Of a stretch of DNA of 64,000 nucleotides, positions 41,596 to 49,806 are shown piece after piece; within the stretch, counting starts at the first letter, position 1, and every line of letters starts with the position of its first letter. A program made the position numbers and the translations under genes. A model generated the notes under the pieces. The model saw only the letters and a program-made list of their open reading frames with translations, was not told where the DNA came from and searched no databases. Source of the stretch: Escherichia phage phT4A. Location: sequence record NC_055712.1; one strand, written 5' to 3'.

Positions 41596-42435
41596 TCAAC
41601 CCCAAGTGTCAGTTTTCGGTGCGTATGCTGCAACTTTAGCCACAATTTCCTTATCCAGTTCAGCTACAGATTTCTGAGGCTTACCACGGGCTTTAACTTT
41701 GATGTAGTTTGACTTAACAACAAACATCCCTTTGTTACTTGATTTCTTGATCTCGCTATCAACACCAACTTTGTTAAAGCTGATCCAAATGTCGCCGTCC
41801 ATATACTGTTTAAGAGAATCACCCATGTTCAGGATCTTCGCCATAGTAAGGGCCGCGCCTTCGTGGGTATCCATGAGAATTTCTTTAGGAACTACACGAT
41901 CGCGTTTCTGGTTCTGCTGCATAGCAATATGCACATCGTTCATAACCCATACGATATGTACGTTTTCTTTTTTGTATCCCAGCGTTTCGACATCACGTGC
42001 GATGCTTGCCAGCTTGCTCATGCCTTTTAACGTTACGTCAAAGATGAGGTTAGGTTTACGATCTTCTGGTGCTGCCATAATACCGGAATAAACACGGTTT
42101 TGGTTTTTGTTGGAAATGTTGAAAACGTCGGCGATCACATGATGGAGGGTAGATACGTTTTCTGGGTTTTTGAGGTTCATTGTTTTGACATCATGACCCG
42201 TTTGTTTCTTGATCTCTGCTGCGAGTTTATCGCTACCCATTACAAGTTTTTTCAGGGCGTCAACGTCCAGGGTAATACCTTCGATGCCTAGCAGTTTTTC
42301 CAGTGTGAATCCTTTACCGGAACCAGCACCGCCAGCCAGAATAACAACCTGACCGAACTTAGGATAAGCACGGCCCCCGAAGGTGATCAGCGCTTCGGTT
42401 AAGGTGCTTTCTGTGAATTGTTTAAATGACTTCAT
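41596..42435 (-). CDS. P-loop NMP-kinase-like protein
   Basis: 279 aa; ILAGGAGSGKGFT resembles the adenylate/NMP kinase P-loop GxPGxGKGT; function inferred from motif only. Confidence 0.4.
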   Translation of the reverse strand: MKSFKQFTESTLTEALITFGGRAYPKFGQVVILAGGAGSGKGFTLEKLLGIEGITLDVDALKKLVMGSDKLAAEIKKQTGHDVKTMNLKNPENVSTLHHVIADVFNISNKNQNRVYSGIMAAPEDRKPNLIFDVTLKGMSKLASIARDVETLGYKKENVHIVWVMNDVHIAMQQNQKRDRVVPKEILMDTHEGAALTMAKILNMGDSLKQYMDGDIWISFNKVGVDSEIKKSSNKGMFVVKSNYIKVKARGKPQKSVAELDKEIVAKVAAYAPKTDTWG

Positions 42436-42467
42436 GTAAAATTCTCCAGTTTATTTTCTATTATTTA

Positions 42468-42497
42468 TTGACATGCTTTCTGACAGTGGTGTATGGT
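42468..42497 (+). promoter_or_regulatory. sigma70-type promoter TTGACA-18-TATGGT
   Basis: In divergent intergenic region upstream of the 42550 gene. Confidence 0.35.
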
Positions 42498-42549
42498 TAT
42501 GGTGTTCGACGGATAGGCCGGAAGAACTTTAAACCATAAGGTATACGAT

Positions 42550-43425
42550 ATGAAAATCAATTTACATCGCTTCATTGTAGAATTTTCCCGCGACCGCGAC
42601 ATGGACTCTTTCAACTACTACTCCCGTGAAATTGAAGATCGTTTTGCGGCTCATGTTGGGTTCCGTCGCCACCATACTCCTAAAATGCGCCCTGACCACG
42701 ATCCGAAGTATAGCCCTATCACATGGCAAGCCCCGATCAATGGTTACGTTGAAGGGATCCGGATCATGACTTTTAACGCGATGTATGGAAACGCTTTGAT
42801 CCATATTGCACGTGAGAAAAGGGCAGAATTCCCTAACGGCTGGCGTATTGATGAAGTGATTCAAACCCTTATGCAGTTACGACGTGAATACAAAGCTGGT
42901 ATGTGTCTGCGTAATGAACAGTATCCGATGTATAAAACGTATGCCTATATCTCTAAGCATCTAATTAATTCCATGTTTTACATCGTTGGTAATCATGGTT
43001 CCGCTATAGATATCGGTTCTTATGAAATCGTGGCTTATGCTCGCGAACAAGGAAAGGCCGCTGCACTGAAAATCATTGAATCTGGTGCTATCATTCTTAA
43101 CCATCGCATTGATACTATTGCTTACTATGGCGATCAGGTTGAGGTTGAAGGCGTACACCATGAACGATTCAACAAAGCCGTATTTGCTAAAAATGGTTAT
43201 GCTTATGGTAATGACATTATAACTTCTGCTATTCCTTTCGTTCGTCTAACTGTTGAAGGATTTGGAGAAAGGTTGCCTTATAAACTGTCAGAAGCTCAAA
43301 TGTGTGCGGCTGCTGAAAGAATCGCCAAAAAGCGGAAAATGTATACCGATGAATACCTGGCGTATGTCAACAAGACAAAAGAAGATGTAGATCGAGAAAT
43401 TTCTTGCATGGATTTGTGCCTTTGA
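42550..43425 (+). CDS. hypothetical protein
   Basis: 291 aa; no family recognised. Confidence 0.5.
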   Translation: MKINLHRFIVEFSRDRDMDSFNYYSREIEDRFAAHVGFRRHHTPKMRPDHDPKYSPITWQAPINGYVEGIRIMTFNAMYGNALIHIAREKRAEFPNGWRIDEVIQTLMQLRREYKAGMCLRNEQYPMYKTYAYISKHLINSMFYIVGNHGSAIDIGSYEIVAYAREQGKAAALKIIESGAIILNHRIDTIAYYGDQVEVEGVHHERFNKAVFAKNGYAYGNDIITSAIPFVRLTVEGFGERLPYKLSEAQMCAAAERIAKKRKMYTDEYLAYVNKTKEDVDREISCMDLCL

Positions 43426-43457
43426 TATAATGTAAGCATCTTTTAAAGGGAGGATGC

Positions 43458-43775
43458 ATGAAAACGATACATTGCAGAAATGAAAACGTTGTTTACTATC
43501 ACGGTTCGTGTACTGCTGCTGGTATTGAAAGCATGTTATTGCCTCCCTGTGATTCTGATACTCTGTCTGAAAAAGGCAGGAAGAAAAATTTAGACCGTGT
43601 TTTCTTTACCGCTGATATCGGGTTAGCTCGTATATACGCTGGAAGGGCCGCGCGTTCTATAGGTGGGGAACCTGTTCTGTACAGGGTTGTGTGTCCGGTT
43701 GATGTTGTATGCATGAACGAAGACAAAGGCGCGAGCGTTTACCATGCAGCATGGGCGTTTTGTGAGGAATTATGA
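43458..43775 (+). CDS. small ADP-ribosyltransferase-like protein (Arr-like candidate)
   Basis: 105 aa, strong GGGAGGA RBS; motif series YYHGS ... VFFTAD ... LYRVVCPVD resembles the HGT ... YFSA ... YxVEP pattern of Arr-type minimal ADP-ribosyltransferases; recalled similarity, not searched. Confidence 0.3.
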   Translation: MKTIHCRNENVVYYHGSCTAAGIESMLLPPCDSDTLSEKGRKKNLDRVFFTADIGLARIYAGRAARSIGGEPVLYRVVCPVDVVCMNEDKGASVYHAAWAFCEEL

Positions 43776-43948
43776 ATGATAAAGTGTTGGCGTATCTCGT
43801 TTTCTTGCTGGGATATCGCTTAGAAGTGATGGGCGCGTATTCATCAATGTATGGTGATTTAACGGCTATCTGGATGGTTGGGTTAGGGGTTGCTTTTACA
43901 TTCCTTTCCTTTGCAATTGTTAATGAATCGGAAAAGGATATTGTATGA
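43772..43948 (+). CDS. small membrane protein (two predicted TM helices)
   Basis: 58 aa, ATG overlaps preceding stop and its stop overlaps next ATG (ATGA); hydrophobic VLAYLVFLLGY and LTAIWMVGLGVAFTFLSFAIV; below ORF-track cutoff. Confidence 0.4.
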   Translation: MNDKVLAYLVFLLGYRLEVMGAYSSMYGDLTAIWMVGLGVAFTFLSFAIVNESEKDIV

Positions 43949-44271
43949 AACTATATCATGTGATCTACTCTGGTGTTTTAGGCATTGACAAACAAATGTT
44001 AGTTGATGTAATGTGTAAAAAACTCGATGAGCGAATTGGAACCCGATACAAAAATCATGTATCGGAAAGTATCTTCATCAACGTTGACCATCCAAATGAC
44101 ATGGAAGAAATGGTTAATACTCTTGATGATCAGCAGATCCCGTTTGTTGACAATTTCAACATGAGCGCTGGAGTGTATACGGTAGTAACTTTTGTTCTAA
44201 AAAATGTTGACAGCCGAAACGATAGCGTGTTGAATGTAGTTGCAAAAATCGATTCTACCAAAGGAAAATAA
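43945..44271 (+). CDS. hypothetical protein
   Basis: 108 aa; translationally coupled. Confidence 0.5.
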   Translation: MKLYHVIYSGVLGIDKQMLVDVMCKKLDERIGTRYKNHVSESIFINVDHPNDMEEMVNTLDDQQIPFVDNFNMSAGVYTVVTFVLKNVDSRNDSVLNVVAKIDSTKGK

Positions 44272-44272
44272 T

Positions 44273-44629
44273 ATGAAAATTGTACACCGTAGCATTTCCG
44301 AACTGTCTCAAGCTGAAAAAGTGCAAATTCATTTCAAATTCAATGATTTGCGTAAAGGTTATGCCGAAATTGCCCGTGAACATGGGTTAGATAACGGCGA
44401 TATTTACCAGGTAGTACAGGAAATTGAACGTATCCGCGCGTTCCGTTCTGCAAATCTCCCTGTTAAAAATGCAATGCGCCGCGAAGCGATCGAAATCCAT
44501 CGTAAGCGTGTGTACAATTTAGAACGTGCTAAACGTCCGATGAAGAAAGAAAAGAAACCTCGTCCGTTTAAACGTGAACATCTTAACACCTCTATGGCGC
44601 TGGCGTTTCAAGATGCGGGGATTATCTAA
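44273..44629 (+). CDS. hypothetical protein with basic C-terminus
   Basis: ATG 44273 with GGAAA RBS; 118 aa. Confidence 0.5.
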   Translation: MKIVHRSISELSQAEKVQIHFKFNDLRKGYAEIAREHGLDNGDIYQVVQEIERIRAFRSANLPVKNAMRREAIEIHRKRVYNLERAKRPMKKEKKPRPFKREHLNTSMALAFQDAGII

Positions 44630-45153
44630 TGCGTAAATCTGCGATGGATCGTTGGGCTAGTATTGCTACTTCAAACGTAAAACCAAATCAAGCCGCACCT
44701 GATGTAGAAGCGGTTCGTAAAGCAAAAGAACCTGAGATCGTGGCCCTTAGCCCTGAACTCATCGAGCATCGCCGTCGTGCGTCTGCTATTGAACTGGATC
44801 TGCGTATTGCGCGTTCATATAATCTCAAGCATGAACACGCCGCAAAGAACAACCATTCTTTTGACCTTACTCTGGAAGATTGGAAAGTGTTGATGACAAC
44901 TGAACGTTGTCAGTATTCCGGCAAGATGTTTAGCAATAAACCAGGTAGCCCATATGCCCGTACAATGGAACGTATTAATCCACGTCTGGGATATACACAA
45001 GAAAATACAATAGCGGTTATCAACGCCGCTAATGCCGAAAAATCACAGCTTGATGCATTCGTTAAGGGTGATGTCATTCTGGATGAAGTAAAAGTGAAGT
45101 TGCTGCGTAAAGCACTTTATCAAGTCGAAAAACGTGTGAAAATGAAAGGTTAA
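44629..45153 (+). CDS. hypothetical protein with degenerate HNH-like segment
   Basis: 174 aa; CQYSGK...MERINPRLGYTQENTIAVINAANAEKSQ resembles the HNH spacing but lacks the His/Cys ligands. Confidence 0.45.
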   Translation: MRKSAMDRWASIATSNVKPNQAAPDVEAVRKAKEPEIVALSPELIEHRRRASAIELDLRIARSYNLKHEHAAKNNHSFDLTLEDWKVLMTTERCQYSGKMFSNKPGSPYARTMERINPRLGYTQENTIAVINAANAEKSQLDAFVKGDVILDEVKVKLLRKALYQVEKRVKMKG

Positions 45154-45156
45154 ATT

Positions 45157-46176
45157 ATGTTTAAGAAATATTCTTCTCTGACTAACCATTATGAAGGTAA
45201 GTTCATCAATGGTGTAATTATGAACGGGCTTACTGGCGGTGTGTGGGTTGCACGTGAAAAGATCCACGGTGCTAACTTTAGTTTTATCACCGATGACGGT
45301 ATTACCGTTACCCCCGCAAAGCGTACTGATGTTGTTAAGCCAGCCGAAGATTTTTATGGCTGTTCAGCAGTAGTTGCAAAGTATTCCCCAGGGATCCGTA
45401 AGATGTGGGAAACCCTCAAAAAGACCGGAACTTATGATGATTTGGTTATTCAAGTCTACGGTGAATTTGCGGGGCGCGGTGTACAGAAAGATGTTGATTA
45501 CGGCGAAAAAGATTTCTATGTATTCGATATCCGTGTAAATGGTGAATTCCTTCCGGATAACCTGTGCTCGCTGATCTCTCGATCTCATGGCCTGAAAATG
45601 GCCCCGCTGTTGGGATATGGTACTTTTGAAGAGATCAAAGAACTGCCGATCACGTTTGAATCTGTTGTGAATAAAGCAAATAGCGGCATTGGTAGCGATA
45701 ATACAGTATATGGTGAATTCGTATATCCTATCATGGAAGTTGAAGAGGGCAACATTGCAGAAGGTTTTGTAATGAAACCTGTTTCACCTGCTTTTATGCC
45801 AAACGGTGAACGCGTTGCAATCAAATGCAAAACAACCAAATTCACTGAGAAGAAAGCGAAGAAAGCAACCCGCTTTAATGCTCCGGTTTCATTGTCAGAA
45901 AAAGACAAAAACCAACTCGATGAGTTTGTTTGTTACCTTACAGAGAACCGTGTGAAAAACGTTCTTTCGAAACTGGATCTGGCTTCGATCACTGCGAAAG
46001 ATTTTGGTCGCATTATGGGCTTAACTGTTCAGGATGCTATCGAAGAAATCAGCCGTAATCACGGGCCTTTCCTCGAACAGTTCGAAGACCCAGCAATGGC
46101 TAAGAAGCTGTTTGTAACCGAAGCCCAAAACATGATTCGCCCTGTATGGGGCAAAATCCTGAACCATGAATTTTAA
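45157..46176 (+). CDS. rnlB: RNA ligase 2 (RnlB)
   Basis: 339 aa; MFKKYSSL...GGVWVAREKIHGANFS (ligase motif I K-x-H-G), KDFGRIMGLTVQD; close to T4 Rnl2 (334 aa). Confidence 0.88.
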   Translation: MFKKYSSLTNHYEGKFINGVIMNGLTGGVWVAREKIHGANFSFITDDGITVTPAKRTDVVKPAEDFYGCSAVVAKYSPGIRKMWETLKKTGTYDDLVIQVYGEFAGRGVQKDVDYGEKDFYVFDIRVNGEFLPDNLCSLISRSHGLKMAPLLGYGTFEEIKELPITFESVVNKANSGIGSDNTVYGEFVYPIMEVEEGNIAEGFVMKPVSPAFMPNGERVAIKCKTTKFTEKKAKKATRFNAPVSLSEKDKNQLDEFVCYLTENRVKNVLSKLDLASITAKDFGRIMGLTVQDAIEEISRNHGPFLEQFEDPAMAKKLFVTEAQNMIRPVWGKILNHEF

Positions 46177-46747
46177 TCAGATTCTGGTTGATGCAAAAGC
46201 GGCTACCCTGATCGGTAGCCGTAAACCTCCTGAACGTATCGCAAACATTGCTGTTAAAATCGGACGTGCTTTGAACGAACGCGGGATCAGGGCTTATTCT
46301 GGCGGCGCTCCTGGTATGGATAGTCACTTTCTGTTTGACTATAGTCCGGATAACAGATGTATAATCCTTCCTGATAACGGGTTTAACGGCCTTTTCTCAA
46401 ACGGAAAGGATATCATCGACTTTCGAGATTTAAACACACAGAAAGCTGCTGACGAAGCCAGAAAGGTAGCAGGTAACTTCGATACACAGAATGAATACGT
46501 TCAAAGAAGGTATGCGCGAAACACGATTCAAGTTCTTCGTGAAAATCTTGACAATCCAACTGATTTTGTTTTATTTTGGGCGGAAGAACGTGAAGGATGT
46601 GTTAAAGGTGGAACCGCGATCGCTGTAAGATTGGCTAGGTTGTACAGGGTTCCATGTTTCAATCTCTTCAAAGAAAGTGTATTGAACGATGTGTGTGATA
46701 CGTTAGGGATCAATATCAAACCCCCAACGTTGGATTTTTTATGGTAA
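46166..46747 (+). CDS. DprA/SLOG-like Rossmann-fold protein
   Basis: 193 aa; GSRKPP ... YSGGAPGMDSHF ... CIILPDNG matches the DprA/Smf/SLOG motif pattern (GSR, SGGAxGxD). Confidence 0.45.
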   Translation: MNFNQILVDAKAATLIGSRKPPERIANIAVKIGRALNERGIRAYSGGAPGMDSHFLFDYSPDNRCIILPDNGFNGLFSNGKDIIDFRDLNTQKAADEARKVAGNFDTQNEYVQRRYARNTIQVLRENLDNPTDFVLFWAEEREGCVKGGTAIAVRLARLYRVPCFNLFKESVLNDVCDTLGINIKPPTLDFLW

Positions 46748-47259
46748 TTGAACATGCGCCCTTACTTCGTGAAACATACGAAAGATGGGCTGTTAATAAC
46801 GCAATAGGTGAAAATATGATTCATGTACGTAGTATCGGTGCTGACGGCGAAACTCCAGTAGAAGGCCGATCGCCCACTCTCGCAGAACGAGCAAGAGAAA
46901 TTATCAACGATCAGAATGCTAAGATGATCGAACATGCGCGGGATACAATCACAAAAGGTGTTCTGAAACACGCGACACAACAAAACCTTATCTATGATAT
47001 GAAGCACGATATCGGCTCTTGTCTGGGTATTGAATGTACTCGCTATGCATTCCAACGAGTTTCTGAATGGTTGGAAGAAGAAGGGCTAAAATTCGATACA
47101 GAAGAAAAACGCAACGCCGCTAAGATCACAAATTCTCTGGCTAGTAAGTACAATCAAACGTATAGAAACCAGGAAGAACGTGAAGTGTTCGGTTTCAAAA
47201 TTCCTGAAAGGAAAACAGATCGCCGTGTAAGTGAATTCACTTTTTACATTAGTTGGTAA
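46741..47259 (+). CDS. hypothetical protein
   Basis: 172 aa. Confidence 0.5.
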   Translation: MVIEHAPLLRETYERWAVNNAIGENMIHVRSIGADGETPVEGRSPTLAERAREIINDQNAKMIEHARDTITKGVLKHATQQNLIYDMKHDIGSCLGIECTRYAFQRVSEWLEEEGLKFDTEEKRNAAKITNSLASKYNQTYRNQEEREVFGFKIPERKTDRRVSEFTFYISW

Positions 47260-47266
47260 AAAGGTG

Positions 47267-47295
47267 TTGACGGGGGTTGGTTATAGTAGTATTCT
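47267..47295 (+). promoter_or_regulatory. sigma70-type promoter TTGACG-17-TATTCT
   Basis: Intergenic, upstream of the 47337 gene. Confidence 0.35.
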
Positions 47296-47336
47296 AACTC
47301 CCGTAGACAAGACACTAACTCAGAAGGATAAACATC

Positions 47337-47597
47337 ATGGAAATCGTAATGAAAGCAACTTATGCTGGATACTGCCTGGAAGCAAAAGGTGTTGCTAACA
47401 ATGGTAAAGGCTTACGGGCCAATGTTGAAGCAATGCTGGATGAATTACATGCAATGTACGAATATGACAACGTAGCGGGTAGTGTTCTTATCCAGGCGTT
47501 GGAAGTCGATGGTGTTGATTGTGCTGGTTGGTGGGATGCTTACATTGACTACAACGATAACCGGGTTTACCTGTTGAGCAACAAAGATTATTTCTAA
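47337..47597 (+). CDS. hypothetical protein
   Basis: 86 aa; AAGGA RBS. Confidence 0.5.
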   Translation: MEIVMKATYAGYCLEAKGVANNGKGLRANVEAMLDELHAMYEYDNVAGSVLIQALEVDGVDCAGWWDAYIDYNDNRVYLLSNKDYF

Positions 47598-47606
47598 GGA
47601 ACCATT

Positions 47607-48056
47607 ATGAGCGATGAAGCTGAGGCTTTAGAAGATTGGGCTGATTTTGATGACGAAGAAGACGGTGAATATTTCTGCGTTAATCGTGGTGCTTATAAAG
47701 ACCGTTTAGAACTCCGTAAACTTTTATCGGGTTCCTCTCAAATATCAGGATCCAAACGAAAAAGTAGTAAACAAAAAGTTCAGTATAGTGATGGTTCTGT
47801 ACGTGATGAAACTGTTGTTGCTGAATTCCGTGGTCGGGTTATCACAAAAGAAAGACAAATTGATGTAAAGAACTTGTATGAAGTGGCTAAGGCTGCTAAA
47901 ATAGGTTCTGTGATTGTTTGCCCTGTGTGCAAAGAAAAACACACAAAGACAACGTATCACAAAGTTTTCTGTTCGAATGGCAGAAAAACCAGTAAGGATT
48001 GTAAGTCTAAATATCACAATACAATCCATCCCGAACGACTGGATCGGGTATTTTAA
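47607..48056 (+). CDS. hypothetical protein with acidic N-terminus and C-terminal Cys-rich zinc-ribbon-like region
   Basis: 149 aa; CPVCKEKH...CSNGRKTSKDCKSKYH. Confidence 0.5.
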   Translation: MSDEAEALEDWADFDDEEDGEYFCVNRGAYKDRLELRKLLSGSSQISGSKRKSSKQKVQYSDGSVRDETVVAEFRGRVITKERQIDVKNLYEVAKAAKIGSVIVCPVCKEKHTKTTYHKVFCSNGRKTSKDCKSKYHNTIHPERLDRVF

Positions 48057-48083
48057 AATAAACCTAAAACGTGGAGTACGTTT

Positions 48084-49517
48084 ATGAACAACAAAACTTT
48101 CGAAGAACTGAACAGCATCATCACTTCCGTAGATTCCTATAAGGTTTCTCACTGGTCGCAATATCCAACTGGCTCCGAAGAGGCGCTGTTTTATATTGAA
48201 TCTCGTGGTGGTAAATTTGATCAAGTAGTTACGGCTGGCTGTAACCGCCTTGCGCAAATCCTATCACGTCCGGTGACTATGGAAAACGTAGATTTTGCTA
48301 ATCGGTTGTACAAAATGCACTTTGGGCGCGAAATCTTCAACTACAAAGGTTGGAAAGAAATTGCAGAACTGGGTTACATCCCTCTTGAATTCAGAGCGAT
48401 TCCGGAAGGAACCCCAGTAGCGGTTAAAAATCCGGTTGCAACTTTCCATGCTGGGAAAAATGCGCTGTGGTTAGCAGGACACGTAGAAACCCTGGCGATC
48501 AGGGGAGTATGGTTCCCTTCAACCGTAGCAACTCTATCCCGCGAATGTAAAAAAGTGTTGAAGAAATATCTCAAGAAAACCTCCGATCTCGAAGGTGAAG
48601 CATTTGATATGGTATTACGTACCCGTTTGCATGACTTCGGCGCACGTGGAACCTCTTCTGCTGAATCTGCTGGTATTGGTGGCCTTGCTCATCTGTATAA
48701 CTTCCTCGGTACTGATACCGTAGAAGCGCTGATTATGGCTATCTCTCTGTTTGAAGATTGTCAGAAAGCGTTTGATGATGGTGAAATGGCGGCTGGTATT
48801 TCAATTCCTGCTCGCGAACATTCCACTACCGTTTCTTACGGCAAAGAAAACGAAGACCTTGCATACAAAAACAGTATTGAGATCTTCGGTGAAGGGATGT
48901 ATGCATGTGTGTATGATTCCTGGGATTTTAAAGCGGCGGTTCGCCGTATCGCAGAATATAAAGATTCTATTCTTTCTAAGGGCGGTACTCTGGTAGTTCG
49001 TCCGGATTCTGGCGATATGGTAGACAATATCATGTACGCTCTTGAAGAACTGGGCCGTATCTTTGGCTATACAGTGAACTCAAAAGGGTATAAAGTACTA
49101 CACCCAGCAGTAAGGATCATTCAAGGCGATGAAATTCATGGCCCTGAAACAATCAATCGGGTGTTGAACTGGATGGAGTCTAACCGTTGGGCGTCTGAAA
49201 ACATCGCGTTTGGTATGGGCGGCGGATTGCTTCAAGAAGTTACCCGCGACACTCAAAAATATGCGATGAAAATGTGCGCAATCAAAATTAACGGTGTGTG
49301 GACTGGTGTGTATAAATGTCCAAAAGGCGCTGAATGGAAAAAGAGTAAAAAAGGGTTGTTAATGACTATCACTGATGGTGTTAACTTTAAAACCATTGAT
49401 ACTCTGGAACAGAAAGTGCCGGAAGGCTGGAAAGATGCTATGATCACATACTATGTCAACGGAAAGATTACTGCCCGTGACACTTTAGAGGAAATTAGGA
49501 ACCGTGCCGGGATTTAG
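48084..49517 (+). CDS. nadV: nicotinamide phosphoribosyltransferase (NadV / NAMPT family)
   Basis: 477 aa; NAMPT-type motifs (RLHDFGARGTSSAESAGIGGLAHL, GMGGGLLQ). Confidence 0.8.
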   Translation: MNNKTFEELNSIITSVDSYKVSHWSQYPTGSEEALFYIESRGGKFDQVVTAGCNRLAQILSRPVTMENVDFANRLYKMHFGREIFNYKGWKEIAELGYIPLEFRAIPEGTPVAVKNPVATFHAGKNALWLAGHVETLAIRGVWFPSTVATLSRECKKVLKKYLKKTSDLEGEAFDMVLRTRLHDFGARGTSSAESAGIGGLAHLYNFLGTDTVEALIMAISLFEDCQKAFDDGEMAAGISIPAREHSTTVSYGKENEDLAYKNSIEIFGEGMYACVYDSWDFKAAVRRIAEYKDSILSKGGTLVVRPDSGDMVDNIMYALEELGRIFGYTVNSKGYKVLHPAVRIIQGDEIHGPETINRVLNWMESNRWASENIAFGMGGGLLQEVTRDTQKYAMKMCAIKINGVWTGVYKCPKGAEWKKSKKGLLMTITDGVNFKTIDTLEQKVPEGWKDAMITYYVNGKITARDTLEEIRNRAGI

Positions 49518-49806
49518 TATCCGCAAAAACGACAAAGGAACCGTGATTTTCTATGACAACATGCCCCTTGTAGCTCGCAAGGGGCTTTTTGCTAAAATCG
49601 CTGGGTATTCCTTTAAACTGGAAGAAGTCAACGACGAAACACTAAAAGAGATCGTAAGAATTGCCTTACAGTTAAGAGGTAAGAAAGACGAACAAAAAGC
49701 TATTGACATGATCAATAAATTGGGTGAAACTCAATGCTTCATAGTGAATCGTGGTTACAAGTACGATACCATTGCAAAATTTGAAAAAGGGCTTTGTGAA
49801 TTATGA
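49504..49806 (+). CDS. hypothetical protein
   Basis: 100 aa; GTG start with AGGAA RBS, overlaps nadV end. Confidence 0.4.
   Translation: MPGFSIRKNDKGTVIFYDNMPLVARKGLFAKIAGYSFKLEEVNDETLKEIVRIALQLRGKKDEQKAIDMINKLGETQCFIVNRGYKYDTIAKFEKGLCEL

Noticed and set aside
44207-44235. Promoter-like TTGACA at 44207 with weak -10 TTGAAT
   Set aside because: Lies inside the coding region of the 43945-44271 gene and has a poor -10 element.
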